Assembly (NCBI GenBank): GCA_003151795.1
Contig: PLYL01000024.1
Location: forward strand, 4,953 to 68,952
Length of the DNA stretch: 64,000 bases
Origin: Candidatus Yanofskybacteria bacterium
GTDB taxonomy: Bacteria; Patescibacteriota; Minisyncoccia; 2-02-FULL-40-12; GWA2-44-9
Reading direction: 5' to 3'
Part shown: positions 22,801 through 33,589 of the stretch, in pieces
Position numbering within the stretch: position 1 is the stretch's first letter
How the letters are laid out: each line of letters begins with the position of its first letter
The notes under the pieces: generated by a model
The model's database searches: none
What the model was told of the DNA's origin: nothing
Seen by the model: the letters and a program-made list of their open reading frames with translations, nothing else
Translations under genes and position numbers: made by a program

Positions 22801-24032
22801 GTAAATTATTAGAACAAATAAATATATCTGACAAAAAACTTTTTCAACTAAAAGATCTGTTTGATATTGGCCCACAGTATGGATATACAGAAAGTGCTAG
22901 TAAAGATAAGATTGGTCCTAGATTTTTAAGAATCACGGATATTCAAGGGAATATTGTTGATTGGGAAACAGTACCATATTGTAAAATACCCGAAAAAGAT
23001 AAAAGTAAATATCTTTTAAAAAAAGATGATCTTGTCTTCGCTCGTACTGGGGCGACGACAGGAATGAGTTACTTCATTGATTCAGATTTGAGTGAAGATG
23101 CTGTTTTTGCTTCTTATCTCATTCGTCTTCGTTTTAATAAAAAAATGTGTTCTCCCGAGTTGCTTAAATACTTTTTTCAGTCAAGAAATTATTGGGGCCA
23201 AGTCAATGGATCGCTATCAGGTAGCGCACAGCCTGGTATAAATGCAGTCACGCTTTCAGAAATGTATGTAAAGCTTCCTGTAGATCTACCAACCCAAAAG
23301 AAAATCGCGGAAATACTATCTGCCTATGATGCAAAAATTGAGAACAACAACAAAGAAATTAAATGGCTCGAGGAATTAGCTCAAATCACTTTCAATGAAT
23401 GGTTTGTAGCCTTTCGTTTTCCGGGTTGGGAGAAATTAAAAATGATTGATAGTGAGGTGGGGAAAATTCCGGAAGGGTGGAGCATGCAAATAGTATCAGG
23501 TGTTGCCAAAGTAATACTCGGGGGTACACCATCTCGAGAAAGGCCTGAATACTGGAGTGGTAACATCCCATGGATTAATTCTGGTGAAGTAAATAAACTT
23601 CGTGTTATCGATGCAACCGAATATATAACCGAGACTGGTTTAAAGAATTCTAATGCTCAGTTAATGAAGGCCGGGACTGTCTTAATAGCCATAACCGGAG
23701 CCACTCTTGGCCAAGTTAGCAGGCTGGAAATTGACTCAGCTGCCAATCAATCAGTTGTTGGAATATTTGATAAATCAGAAAAAATTAATGAGTTTCTATA
23801 TTTATTTATAAAGAAAAATATCCCCGACTTAATATTGGGTGCATCTGGTGGTGCACAGCAACACATAAACAAGCAGATGGTGAGTGAATACGGAATCCTT
23901 ATCCCCAATGAAAAGGTTCTTTCCGATTTTAGATCAAAGATATCTCCAATTTTCTTTCAAATTAGAAACTTAATTTTTGAGAACATGTCACTTCAAAAAT
24001 CAAGAGACCGCCTTCTTGAAAAACTCATATGA
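22797..24032 (+). CDS. hsdS: Type I R-M specificity subunit
   Basis: Two TRDs, P..L..QKKIA.ILS.YD.KIENN, IPEGW, RD.LL.KL. Confidence 0.93.
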   Translation: MSKLLEQINISDKKLFQLKDLFDIGPQYGYTESASKDKIGPRFLRITDIQGNIVDWETVPYCKIPEKDKSKYLLKKDDLVFARTGATTGMSYFIDSDLSEDAVFASYLIRLRFNKKMCSPELLKYFFQSRNYWGQVNGSLSGSAQPGINAVTLSEMYVKLPVDLPTQKKIAEILSAYDAKIENNNKEIKWLEELAQITFNEWFVAFRFPGWEKLKMIDSEVGKIPEGWSMQIVSGVAKVILGGTPSRERPEYWSGNIPWINSGEVNKLRVIDATEYITETGLKNSNAQLMKAGTVLIAITGATLGQVSRLEIDSAANQSVVGIFDKSEKINEFLYLFIKKNIPDLILGASGGAQQHINKQMVSEYGILIPNEKVLSDFRSKISPIFFQIRNLIFENMSLQKSRDRLLEKLI

Positions 24033-27000
24033 ATCCTCTAAACGAAAACAACCTTACCGAGCAATCTCTCATCGAATGGCTGAAAAGTCAGGGCTATGAG
24101 CATGCCAGGGGTCCGGAGATAAATCCTGGTCAACCAAACGCTGAGCGGGAGGATTTTCGTGGCGTTGTATTGAAAAATCGTCTTCTTGGGGCAGTCCGTC
24201 GATTAAACCCACAACTTCCGGCCCAACAAGCAGAACAGGTCGTCGATGATATCGCCGGCTATCACAATGCGGATCTCGTTCTTGGTAACAAGGAAATGTT
24301 TACTCTTATCACTGAAGGGGTTAAAAAAACTTGGCGTGAGCAAGGTGAAGAGAAAACAGAAGTCGTGAAACTGATTGATTTTACAAATACAGATGCGGAT
24401 GAATTTTTAATTGTGAACCAATTCACGGTTCAAGGCATAGACGATGTATGCCGTCTCGATGGTGTCTTATTTGTGAATGGTCTTCCGTTGATAGTTCTTG
24501 AACTAAAGAGTCCTGTTCATGGGCAAGCGACTATCGGTCAGGCATATCGGGATATAGAATATTATAAAAAAGAGATTCCAAAAATTTTCTTATACAATCA
24601 AATCGTGTGTTCAAGTGATCTTACTGAGGCTAGACATGGAACGATATCTTCTTCATGGGAACGATATGGCACATGGAAAGGTATTGAATCAGAAAACGAC
24701 ACACCTAAAGATACGGCGGAGCTTGAAGTACTCGTTAAAGGTCTTTTTAATAAAGCCCGACTACTTGATGTCATGCAGAATTTCACAATATTTGAGGCTG
24801 ATGGCGATGGTGATGCAGTGACATACACAAAAAAGATGGCTATGTACCACCAGTACTATGGAGTGAATAAAACAATTCAGAGTACTATCCGGGCAGTATC
24901 AGGAGTTCAAGATCGAAAGATTGGTGTTTTTTGGCACACACAGGGTTCTGGAAAGTCGCTCTCAATGGTTTTTTATGTGAACAAAACAAAAAGAATTCCC
25001 GAACTTAAAAGCCCTGCTTACGTATTTCTAACTGATCGAGAAGATCTAGATGATCAATTGTTTAAGACCTTCAGTCGAACTGGATATGGCACACTCGCTA
25101 AAAAGGCTTCAAGTATAAGAGATTTACGTACAAGATTGTCACATCTTGGTGGTGAGCTTATCTTCACAACCATCCAAAAATTTCAGGAAGATCCCGATGC
25201 CCACGAAGCATTAACAACTCGTGATAATATTATCGTTCTTTCTGATGAAGCTCATCGTACTCAATACAGCAATTTGGCAGGAAATGTTCGCCTGGCATTA
25301 CCAAACGCAAGTTTCTTGGGAGTAACCGGAACTCCTATAGCCCTCAACAACAAGGATACTGTTCGGGTTTTTGGTGAGGTCGTGAGTTCGTACAAAATCA
25401 GCCAATCGGTCAAAGACAAATCAACGGTACCCATTTATTATGAAGGACGACTTGTACCACTCCATCTTGCTGATAAGTTTATCGATAGTAAATTCGATGC
25501 AGTTTTGGGTGAGGTTGTTCCTGATGACTACTCACGGATGCGTAAAGAATGGGCAGTTCTCGAAGAAGTTATTGGGGCACCAAGCCGTGTCGAAAAAATC
25601 GCTGAGGATATTGTGAACCATTTTAATAATAGGCCGATTGAGGGCAAGGCTTTGATTGTGACCATGAGTCGCCGGATTGCGGTTGCGATGTATGAAGCAA
25701 TACAAAAAATACCAGGAGCGCCAGAGTGCGCGGTAGTGATTTCAAATAGTGATGAATATGCATCGTTAATTCAAAAAGAAACAGATGTTAAAAAACTTGA
25801 GAAACGATTTAAAAAAGTAAACGATCCGCTTAAAATTGCCATCGTCTGCGACATGTGGCTAACCGGTTTTGATGTGCCGTGTTTGCATACACTATATCTT
25901 GATAAGCCACTTAAAAATCATGGGCTCATGCAAGCCATTGCTCGGGTAAATCGAGTGTATAAAGATAAGCCGGGTGGTTTAGTCGTCGATTATATTGGTG
26001 TCGCCGAGAATCTTAAAAAAGCCCTGGCCTGGTATGATTCTGATATCCAACATGATGCACTTGTCCCCATCGATGAAGTTGTTGAACAGATGCACACTAT
26101 ACATTCAGAAGTAACCAAATTTTTTGGCGAGGTTAAATTTTCAGCATGGAAACAAAAAAGAGGAGTTGAATTGGCAAATCTCATGCGAGCTGGAGTGAAT
26201 GCCGTTATTACCCAAAATGGCTTTTTATCAGACGAGAAAAAGATGAAGTATATAGGGATGGTTTCTAAACTTTCAAAATTACATGCCCTGGTCATGCCTG
26301 GAGAACAAGCAATGAACTTATTGTCTAATGTTCAGTTTTTCCAAGCTGTACGTGAGTTCATAAGAAAACAAACAGTGATACCTCATGCGATATTTCCAGA
26401 GGAAACAGAGAGTGCTATTCGTAGCTTAATGCACGATTCAATTCAAGCTGAAGAAATCGTCGATCTATTTAATGTTGAAGGTGAAGAAAGAAAAAGCATT
26501 TCTATTTTCGACGAAAAATTTGTTGCTGAAATTAAGAAATCACATTATCAAAATTTTGCGATTGATTCGATTCGCAAACTTCTTGATCGAGAGATACATG
26601 CTCGCATGCGCATTAATACAGCTCGTTATGAAACCATGCTCAATCTTTTAGAAGGACTTATTGAAAAATACGAAAACAATGTTATTAGTTCTGCTGAAAT
26701 CATAAAGCAGTTACTTGAAATTGCTGATGAAATTAAGAAACTAGATCAAGGAAGTAAAGATACGGGTCTTTCTTATGATGAGCTAGTTTTTTACGATACT
26801 TTGGCGAGTGATCCAGAACTCAAGAAAGCTGGCATTGATATTAAAAAGTTTGTAAAAGATCTCACGAAACGTATTCGTCGAGATCTTGCCATAGACTGGA
26901 CAAACAACGAAACTATAAAAGCCCGTATTCGTCAAAATGTACGGTTACTCTTGCTTCAAAAAGGATTTGTGGAACAAATTCAAACAGAGCGGCTGATAGA

Positions 27001-27052
27001 ATCTATATATCTGGAGACCGTGAGAGTGTACCGTGAGTATTTACCTGCATAA
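24029..27052 (+). CDS. hsdR: Type I R-M restriction subunit
   Basis: NGLPL...ELK, HTQGSGKS, DEAHR, LTGFD.P, QAIARVNR. Confidence 0.95.
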   Translation: MNPLNENNLTEQSLIEWLKSQGYEHARGPEINPGQPNAEREDFRGVVLKNRLLGAVRRLNPQLPAQQAEQVVDDIAGYHNADLVLGNKEMFTLITEGVKKTWREQGEEKTEVVKLIDFTNTDADEFLIVNQFTVQGIDDVCRLDGVLFVNGLPLIVLELKSPVHGQATIGQAYRDIEYYKKEIPKIFLYNQIVCSSDLTEARHGTISSSWERYGTWKGIESENDTPKDTAELEVLVKGLFNKARLLDVMQNFTIFEADGDGDAVTYTKKMAMYHQYYGVNKTIQSTIRAVSGVQDRKIGVFWHTQGSGKSLSMVFYVNKTKRIPELKSPAYVFLTDREDLDDQLFKTFSRTGYGTLAKKASSIRDLRTRLSHLGGELIFTTIQKFQEDPDAHEALTTRDNIIVLSDEAHRTQYSNLAGNVRLALPNASFLGVTGTPIALNNKDTVRVFGEVVSSYKISQSVKDKSTVPIYYEGRLVPLHLADKFIDSKFDAVLGEVVPDDYSRMRKEWAVLEEVIGAPSRVEKIAEDIVNHFNNRPIEGKALIVTMSRRIAVAMYEAIQKIPGAPECAVVISNSDEYASLIQKETDVKKLEKRFKKVNDPLKIAIVCDMWLTGFDVPCLHTLYLDKPLKNHGLMQAIARVNRVYKDKPGGLVVDYIGVAENLKKALAWYDSDIQHDALVPIDEVVEQMHTIHSEVTKFFGEVKFSAWKQKRGVELANLMRAGVNAVITQNGFLSDEKKMKYIGMVSKLSKLHALVMPGEQAMNLLSNVQFFQAVREFIRKQTVIPHAIFPEETESAIRSLMHDSIQAEEIVDLFNVEGEERKSISIFDEKFVAEIKKSHYQNFAIDSIRKLLDREIHARMRINTARYETMLNLLEGLIEKYENNVISSAEIIKQLLEIADEIKKLDQGSKDTGLSYDELVFYDTLASDPELKKAGIDIKKFVKDLTKRIRRDLAIDWTNNETIKARIRQNVRLLLLQKGFVEQIQTERLIESIYLETVRVYREYLPA

Positions 27053-27056
27053 AATT

Positions 27057-29000
27057 ATGACTACTGCACAACAACTAACAGCTATCAACTTAAGATATGG
27101 AACCGTAGCAAAGTCTTTGAAGACCCTTGCTTTTAGTGACCTTTCTGCAAAGGCATTATATTTACTAGGAAAGCCTGCCCGGTTAGATGAGGTAAGTAAG
27201 TCGGTCGCTCAAATAATTGGCGTACGCTCCTTATCAAATGATTTAGTACTTAAAGGACTTCAGGAATTAAAGAATGACCGAAAGGCAATGGTATCGAAAG
27301 ATCTTTGGGAGCTTCTTGAACAGACAAGTAAGGATATCAAAAAACAGATTGAATCTTTGGAGACGTCTCTCTTGTCTGTATTGAAGAGGAATTTTCCGGC
27401 GGATATTGAATTAAATCTTCTAACCAACTGGTTTATTGATGTCATATCCGATTTCTTCATCTATAACGGAGATGAATGGGTTCAGTCTATATGTAAAGGA
27501 TCAAGTAATTTTACAAAATTAAAAACTTTTGATGAGCTTCTGGAACCATCCATCAAAAAACATAAACTAACCCTACATATTAATGAACTAAAAAATTCTT
27601 TTAGTGGTTTCCTGAATAGCTCTAACAAAGACGATCAGTTTTATATTGTGAATATTGGCTATGCAATGTTTTCAGCTAGATTGGTTGCAGCCGATGTTGG
27701 AGCAGACCCTATTGCTTTGGAGGAGCTTCAAAATGCTAGTTTCTTTTTAGACACGAACTTTTTCTATGCTTTACAATTAGAAAAGAATCGGCTTGCCACA
27801 TCACTAGAAGCACTAGGCGAAGCTCTCAAAGAGATTGGTGCTAAATTATTTTTTATTCACGAAACCGAAGAAGAATATAAGCGTGTTTGGTCTGGAAGGA
27901 GATTAGAAGTACTGAGACTACTTGATATCTATCCCAACGATGTGGTTTCTGCCGCTGATGATAGTTTTGTTTCTACGGCTCTAGCTCGTGGTTGTTTAAA
28001 TAAATCTGATTTCGAAGTATTCTTTGATTCAGTACAGCAATTACCTCAAAAAATGGTTGAGGGACTCCCTATTACTAAAATTGATGACAAGGAGGTAAAT
28101 AAAATTGTCCTAAAAGCAAAACAAGACGGAGGATTAAAAGATTTCGTTCAGAGATGGTCTCTTAAAATGAGGCCACTTTGGAATAGACATCCAAAATCTA
28201 ACGCTGCTTTAGGGCACGATGCTTCTTTGATTATGGTCGTTGAGAGTGAAAGACAAATCGAAAAGAAGACTTTTATTCTCACACTAGATCGAAGCTTGCA
28301 AGCCTGTTGCGCAGAAAGAGCAGGTAATCATAATCTTCCAGTAGCTATTTATCTTGAAGGACTTATACAAATCCTTGCAGCAAATAACGCTGGCCCCGGT
28401 ATTGATGCTTCAAATTTCGCACCATTACTAACGAGCATAATCCTAAAGAGGTGTATCCCTCCAGAGCAAATGTATAGTCTTCAAGACTTACACTGGTTAT
28501 ATGGAATCCAGAAAAATGTTGCAAAGTTTAAGCCAAGTAAAATTAAACAAATTGCTCTTGAAGTAACAAGAGCGCGTCTTTCTGGTAAGACCGCCACCGA
28601 CGATGCCCTTCAAAGGATTGTGAATCGTTTGTATCAGGAAGAAATACAGTCTACCTCCAGAGAGGTATCTGAGGCCATGGCTAGAGCGCAATCGGCCGAA
28701 CAGGACGCTCTTAGGGAAAAGACTTTGCGTAAACAAGCAGACTCTAAATTACAAATGTATGAAAGAAAAAATAATTTACGGATTGCAAAATTTAAACTCA
28801 TTAAAACTTTGGCTTGGCGCACTCCGGTTAGCTTGGCTATAGGGTACCTTGGCTTTTATTTAGCGTCTATATCAGTTAACCAAAGTAGCCCGTTGGACAT
28901 AGTGTTGGGACTCGTAGCTTTTTTGGGGGCTTCGTATGCTATCCTGTCAAAACCAATAAAAGCGTACATGGTTGTTCGTGGAGAAAATCGGTCCTCCTAG
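27057..29000 (+). CDS. PIN-like domain protein with C-terminal TM helices
   Basis: FFLDTNFF, HDA, ILTLDR acidic motifs; coiled coil then two hydrophobic helices; start placed at ATG 27057. Confidence 0.6.
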   Translation: MTTAQQLTAINLRYGTVAKSLKTLAFSDLSAKALYLLGKPARLDEVSKSVAQIIGVRSLSNDLVLKGLQELKNDRKAMVSKDLWELLEQTSKDIKKQIESLETSLLSVLKRNFPADIELNLLTNWFIDVISDFFIYNGDEWVQSICKGSSNFTKLKTFDELLEPSIKKHKLTLHINELKNSFSGFLNSSNKDDQFYIVNIGYAMFSARLVAADVGADPIALEELQNASFFLDTNFFYALQLEKNRLATSLEALGEALKEIGAKLFFIHETEEEYKRVWSGRRLEVLRLLDIYPNDVVSAADDSFVSTALARGCLNKSDFEVFFDSVQQLPQKMVEGLPITKIDDKEVNKIVLKAKQDGGLKDFVQRWSLKMRPLWNRHPKSNAALGHDASLIMVVESERQIEKKTFILTLDRSLQACCAERAGNHNLPVAIYLEGLIQILAANNAGPGIDASNFAPLLTSIILKRCIPPEQMYSLQDLHWLYGIQKNVAKFKPSKIKQIALEVTRARLSGKTATDDALQRIVNRLYQEEIQSTSREVSEAMARAQSAEQDALREKTLRKQADSKLQMYERKNNLRIAKFKLIKTLAWRTPVSLAIGYLGFYLASISVNQSSPLDIVLGLVAFLGASYAILSKPIKAYMVVRGENRSS

Positions 29001-29054
29001 TGGGCATCTTGTCTTACATATTTCCAAACTCAATCTTAGGTAATAAAAAATTAA

Positions 29055-29807
29055 ATGTCTAAATACTACAATCCCAATCGTAAGAGAAATATGTACGAAC
29101 CGAGCTCGAAGGAGCCGTTTCGGCTTAGTCGCTCAAAGATAGATTTATTTTTGAATTGCCCGCGGTGTTTCTATATGGATAGACGACTTGGGGTCGGACA
29201 GCCACCAGGATATCCGTTCAGTCTCAATTCTGCGGTAGATAAGCTTTTAAAGAAGGAGTTTGATATGCACCGAGCCAAAGGGACAGCCCATCCTCTGATG
29301 AAGGCTTATGGCCTTGAGGCAGTGCCTTTTGCACATGATAAAATTGACGAATGGCGGGACTCTTTGCGACGTGGTATTACATATCATGATGTAGTCACTA
29401 ATCTACTCATCACTGGCGGTGTAGACGATGTCTGGGTTGATCTACAGGGCAAGCTGATGATTGTAGACTATAAGGCAACTTCAAAAGAAGCCGAGGTCAC
29501 CCTAGATGCCGACTGGCAGATTGGCTATAAGCGTCAGATGGAAGTATACCAATGGCTATTCAGAAAGAACGGCTTTAAAGTTTCCAGTACCGGCTACTTT
29601 GTATATTGTAATGGGATAACAGACAAAAAAGCTTTTGATGCCAAACTGGAATTTGATGTTAAGGTTATTCCTTATACTGGCGATGATTCATGGGTGGAAG
29701 GCACTATTCTTGGAATTAAAAAATGCCTTGATGGTGCAATGCCAGACTCAAATCCAGAGTGTGATTTTTGCAGTTATCGAAAAGCGGTAAGCGAGGTAGA
29801 TAAATAA
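29055..29807 (+). CDS. PD-(D/E)XK nuclease, Cas4/AddB-like
   Basis: CPRC, GGVDD, IVDYK, Q...Y, CDFC. Confidence 0.85.
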   Translation: MSKYYNPNRKRNMYEPSSKEPFRLSRSKIDLFLNCPRCFYMDRRLGVGQPPGYPFSLNSAVDKLLKKEFDMHRAKGTAHPLMKAYGLEAVPFAHDKIDEWRDSLRRGITYHDVVTNLLITGGVDDVWVDLQGKLMIVDYKATSKEAEVTLDADWQIGYKRQMEVYQWLFRKNGFKVSSTGYFVYCNGITDKKAFDAKLEFDVKVIPYTGDDSWVEGTILGIKKCLDGAMPDSNPECDFCSYRKAVSEVDK

Positions 29808-29814
29808 TAAATTT

Positions 29815-30186
29815 ATGGCAAACAAATATGGCATACCAAATAAGGTGGAAAAAAAGATACGCAAAAGAGACATGCCGTATTGTGTTTATTGTCATAAGAG
29901 AATGACTATCCCTAAAAGAGGTGGCTCAAGGAGGAACTGGGCAACAATAGAACATCTTAATGAAAGAGGTCCAGATTTTTGGGATGAAAAGTGGAATGGA
30001 ATAAGACTGAACGAAAACAATTTGGCAATTTGTTGTTTTAGCTGTAATGCTAGCAGAGGTCAGCTAAACTTGTATAAATGGTTCACATCTTCTTATTGCA
30101 TGGATAGAAAGGTAAAGATAGGTAAAAATACCGTCGCATCTCCAGTAAAAAAGTTTCTTCGAAAATATATTTATAGTAAGCAATGA
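29815..30186 (+). CDS. HNH endonuclease
   Basis: CVYC, ATIEH, N...CC.SCN.SRG. Confidence 0.8.
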   Translation: MANKYGIPNKVEKKIRKRDMPYCVYCHKRMTIPKRGGSRRNWATIEHLNERGPDFWDEKWNGIRLNENNLAICCFSCNASRGQLNLYKWFTSSYCMDRKVKIGKNTVASPVKKFLRKYIYSKQ

Positions 30187-31400
30187 TTTATAAACATCAA
30201 TATTTCAAGCTAGATACGGAGAAGAAAAAGCTCTTTGACCACCACGGAGAAGAGACATTTATTTCCGGCACCTCTAAGGTTTTTAAGTTACTGGAATATT
30301 TATGCGAAAGTTATCCTGCTAGCGTTACCATAACCAACATAAACGATCATGTCGATCCATTACAAAGCGATGTAGAGATCAGAGAGGATAATGTTCGTAA
30401 TATGCGTAATGAGATAAGAAAAGCACTCCGCCAAGATTTAATTAAATATGAAAATCACGTCTATTCTATAATCGGTCGGGTAGAGAAATTTGAAAAAGAG
30501 CCAGAGAATAAAGACCTCCCAGTTCAGGGGAAAACAGAAATTATTTCTAGACGAATCAACAAGCGCGTATTATTAGTAACCGTTGCCATCGTCTTACTAG
30601 TTATTGGTGTATTAATTTTTATTCAATATAAAAAGGGGGCTTTTTCTCTGAAGCCAGTGAATGACATGGTTTTAATTCCGGCTGGCAAGTTTCTAATGGG
30701 AAGCACCGATGCGCAGATAACTCAAGGATACAATTTATGCCAAGAACAAAACCAGTGTTCCCTGCAAGACTACCAATCAGAATATCCTCAACATGAAGTA
30801 TCGTTACCTAATTTTTATATTGATCGGAAGGAAGTATCAAATGCTGACTATGCTCTTTTTATGAAAGCGAAAAAAGTAGCCGCGCCTCAATATTGGAATG
30901 ATTCAGACCTTAATAGTGCCAATCAACCAGTAGTTGGAGTTAATTGGAATGATGCTACAAATTATTGTCAGTGGCTCAGTGAACGATTACCGACTGAAGC
31001 CGAATGGGAGAAAACGGCCAGAGGAACTGATGGCAGGATATGGCCATGGGGAAACACTTGGGATGGCTCAAAACTTAATCATGGTAAGGGTGGAATGCCT
31101 GGATTGGATGCTAGTGATGGCTATTTATATACCGCTCCTGTGGGGGCTGATTTGGGCGTAAGCCCCTACGGAGTCCTAGATATGGCCGGCAATGTTGATG
31201 AATGGGTTTTTGATACTTTTAATCCATATCCGGGTAACGACAAATATGCCAACTCTCAGTATAATAAAGGTCTTAAGATTGTCCGAGGTGGGTCATATGA
31301 GGAAGATTCAAGTATCCAAAGAAGTGCCAGTAGAACAGTATGGCAACCTAGTAATAATGACGAAGCCACTGGTTTTCGTTGTGCGAAAGACGCGAAGTAA
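30183..31400 (+). CDS. wHTH-TM-FGE/sulfatase-modifying (CLec-fold) protein
   Basis: IPAG.FLMGS, RLPTEAEWEK.ARG, DMAGNV.EW, RGGS, GFRC; ToxR-like N-terminal wHTH plus TM. Confidence 0.8.
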   Translation: MIYKHQYFKLDTEKKKLFDHHGEETFISGTSKVFKLLEYLCESYPASVTITNINDHVDPLQSDVEIREDNVRNMRNEIRKALRQDLIKYENHVYSIIGRVEKFEKEPENKDLPVQGKTEIISRRINKRVLLVTVAIVLLVIGVLIFIQYKKGAFSLKPVNDMVLIPAGKFLMGSTDAQITQGYNLCQEQNQCSLQDYQSEYPQHEVSLPNFYIDRKEVSNADYALFMKAKKVAAPQYWNDSDLNSANQPVVGVNWNDATNYCQWLSERLPTEAEWEKTARGTDGRIWPWGNTWDGSKLNHGKGGMPGLDASDGYLYTAPVGADLGVSPYGVLDMAGNVDEWVFDTFNPYPGNDKYANSQYNKGLKIVRGGSYEEDSSIQRSASRTVWQPSNNDEATGFRCAKDAK

Positions 31401-31421
31401 TTATATATAAATCAGTTATTT

Positions 31422-31453
31422 CCGCCGAACTTCGGGTGAAGTTCGGCGGTTTT
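31422..31453 (+). terminator. Hairpin/terminator after the FGE gene
   Basis: ccgccgaacttc-gggt-gaagttcggcgg then TTTT. Confidence 0.65.
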
Positions 31454-31533
31454 GTTATTTTGTGACCGATGATCATAAGTTCAGGTTCTCGCGGACCGGT
31501 CGATTGCTCTAAATCATCGAAAAACAAATAAAA

Positions 31534-31797
31534 ATGATAATAATCATAGCTTACAAATTAAATAACCCCAGCAAAGACTATATGCCCCTTTATACCTCAA
31601 TTAAGTCGCTTGCTTCTAACTGGTGGCGCTCATTCGACTCGCTTTGGTTAATTCATACCAATCTTAGCCCGATCGAAATAAAGGAATCGCTAGTATCTAA
31701 CCTAGATTCAAAAGACGAGATTATAGTGGCGCGAGTGGATGGAGAAATCACCGGCTACATATCTGCTGAATTACATGATTGGCTTAAAAATAATTAA
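31534..31797 (+). CDS. Small protein, Cas2-like ferredoxin-fold family (not CRISPR-linked)
   Basis: I.Y.L..P..DY..L...IKSL...W....S.WL. Confidence 0.55.
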   Translation: MIIIIAYKLNNPSKDYMPLYTSIKSLASNWWRSFDSLWLIHTNLSPIEIKESLVSNLDSKDEIIVARVDGEITGYISAELHDWLKNN

Positions 31798-31807
31798 TTT
31801 AAATCAA

Positions 31808-32056
31808 ATGCCAGCCAGAATAATAAAATCGTTGCCAATGCCGGAAAGAGGATATCATCACAGAGAACATAGGTCTCGGAAAAGTAAAAAAGGACAGAAT
31901 ACTAAGCGTAAAAGAGAGGACCGACTTAAAAAGCTTATGGCTAAAGAACTACGGGATAAGGAATTTCTAAAAAGATTTCGACGGAAAAGGGCAATGTTAG
32001 TAAATAACTATACCAACAGCGAGATTCTTACAACAAATATAAATCAACTAATATGA
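31808..32056 (+). CDS. Small basic hypothetical protein
   Basis: ATG at 31808; stop overlaps next start (ATGA). Confidence 0.45.
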   Translation: MPARIIKSLPMPERGYHHREHRSRKSKKGQNTKRKREDRLKKLMAKELRDKEFLKRFRRKRAMLVNNYTNSEILTTNINQLI

Positions 32057-33555
32057 CAAAAATAAAAGAACAATTTCATCCTGGTATAAAATATGCGCTA
32101 TCTTCTAATTTTAGAAATTGGAAAGAAGCAATACTCGAACTTCTTGATAACGCTGTCTCCGATCGTATTATGGGAGTCCCTCTTCAAGTTTCAGTTCTTA
32201 TTGGTCCCGAATTAATTGAAATTGAGAATTTAGGAGGAGTAGCGATGAATCCGGAGAAGATGGGCCAAATGTTTTCATGGGGCGAGCAGAAGGATCGACA
32301 GGCATGGGATATCGGTGCCTATGGGCAAGGGGGTAAGGCAGCCATGACTTACCTAGGAAATGAGATGGAAATCATTTCTTCTCCTCGGTTGGATGACGTT
32401 GAGTATTCTATCAAGGACGCCAACTTGCATGATATCTCCCAACTTAAGGAATATGACGTCCAAGAACGTAATGCTAAAAATTACGACCAAGGCTATGTCA
32501 GAATTTCATTACGTCAATTACGTCGTAGGGTTAAGGGAGAAGAAGTTGAAGATATTGTCTGTGAGTATTATAGACCACTTATAGAGAGAAAAGAAATCCA
32601 AGTTACAGTCAATGGAAAAGATATTAAGCTTAAGAATTTTCCGTTAGACCCGGAATTTAATCCTCAGTCATTTGAAATCAAAACCGTGCGTGATGATGGG
32701 AGAAAGATAGAAGTTAGGGGCTGGATCGGTCGATTGCAATCACGAAGCGGATTACGTGGTGGTTTTAGGGTATATAAACTTGGTCGGTTAATTACATCAC
32801 AGGAATACTTTGGCAAACCAGATGCTAACTACAAACAGTCGTTGAATCTTCTTTTTGGTGAAGTCCATCTTGATTATGTAACCGTAACAACAAATAAAAC
32901 CAGCTTTGATCAGGGTTCGATAGGATGGCAGTCGGCACTTACTGCTATTAGTCCTATTCTTGATCCTTATATCAACGATCTCCTTGGCCGTGATATCAAA
33001 GAACCTACAGACGAAGAAAAAGATAAGGTCGAACAAACACGTCAGATATTAGCTGAGATTATGAAACAACGCGACATGCAATTAAAGGGTATAAGCGGGG
33101 CTCCAGATTCAACTGGTCAGAAACCACCAGTACGCAATGAGGATCCTACTCCTCGGGTCCATAATAATCATACGGACCGTAAGAATGAACCACGAACACC
33201 GCCCCCGGCTGGTGCGATTGGAAAACGTCGCCGTCTTAATGAATTTATTGACATGGAACCACGAGCAATTGATGAGAATGTTCGAAGCGTCGTAGAAGTA
33301 ATCAATGATGGTAAGAAAAAGTTAGTCATCAATAATCAATTTCCTGGATATAAAGCTAATAAGGATAACGATAAGGCCAACGGTTTCTATTTACTCGAGA
33401 CTGCCGCATTGCAGCTCTGTAAAATTGATGGCGATAATAAATTAACTGCCAGTGAATTTATTATTCAGTTCGATGAATTGTTAGCATATTGTTGTGAAAA
33501 CTTTGAATTAGCAAAGGATGCTATTAAAAAGAGAAATGCCACTAGAAAGAAGTAA
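32053..33555 (+). CDS. GHKL (MORC/HSP90-like) ATPase
   Basis: AILELLDNA.S, IG.YGQGGK.A...LG. Confidence 0.8.
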   Translation: MTKIKEQFHPGIKYALSSNFRNWKEAILELLDNAVSDRIMGVPLQVSVLIGPELIEIENLGGVAMNPEKMGQMFSWGEQKDRQAWDIGAYGQGGKAAMTYLGNEMEIISSPRLDDVEYSIKDANLHDISQLKEYDVQERNAKNYDQGYVRISLRQLRRRVKGEEVEDIVCEYYRPLIERKEIQVTVNGKDIKLKNFPLDPEFNPQSFEIKTVRDDGRKIEVRGWIGRLQSRSGLRGGFRVYKLGRLITSQEYFGKPDANYKQSLNLLFGEVHLDYVTVTTNKTSFDQGSIGWQSALTAISPILDPYINDLLGRDIKEPTDEEKDKVEQTRQILAEIMKQRDMQLKGISGAPDSTGQKPPVRNEDPTPRVHNNHTDRKNEPRTPPPAGAIGKRRRLNEFIDMEPRAIDENVRSVVEVINDGKKKLVINNQFPGYKANKDNDKANGFYLLETAALQLCKIDGDNKLTASEFIIQFDELLAYCCENFELAKDAIKKRNATRKK

Positions 33556-33589
33556 ATTTATTGACCAATATTATATCAGTAATAAAAAC

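Noticed and set aside
29055-31797. CRISPR-Cas locus from Cas4-like and Cas2-like genes
   Set aside because: No repeat-spacer array, cas1 or effector gene seen in the window.
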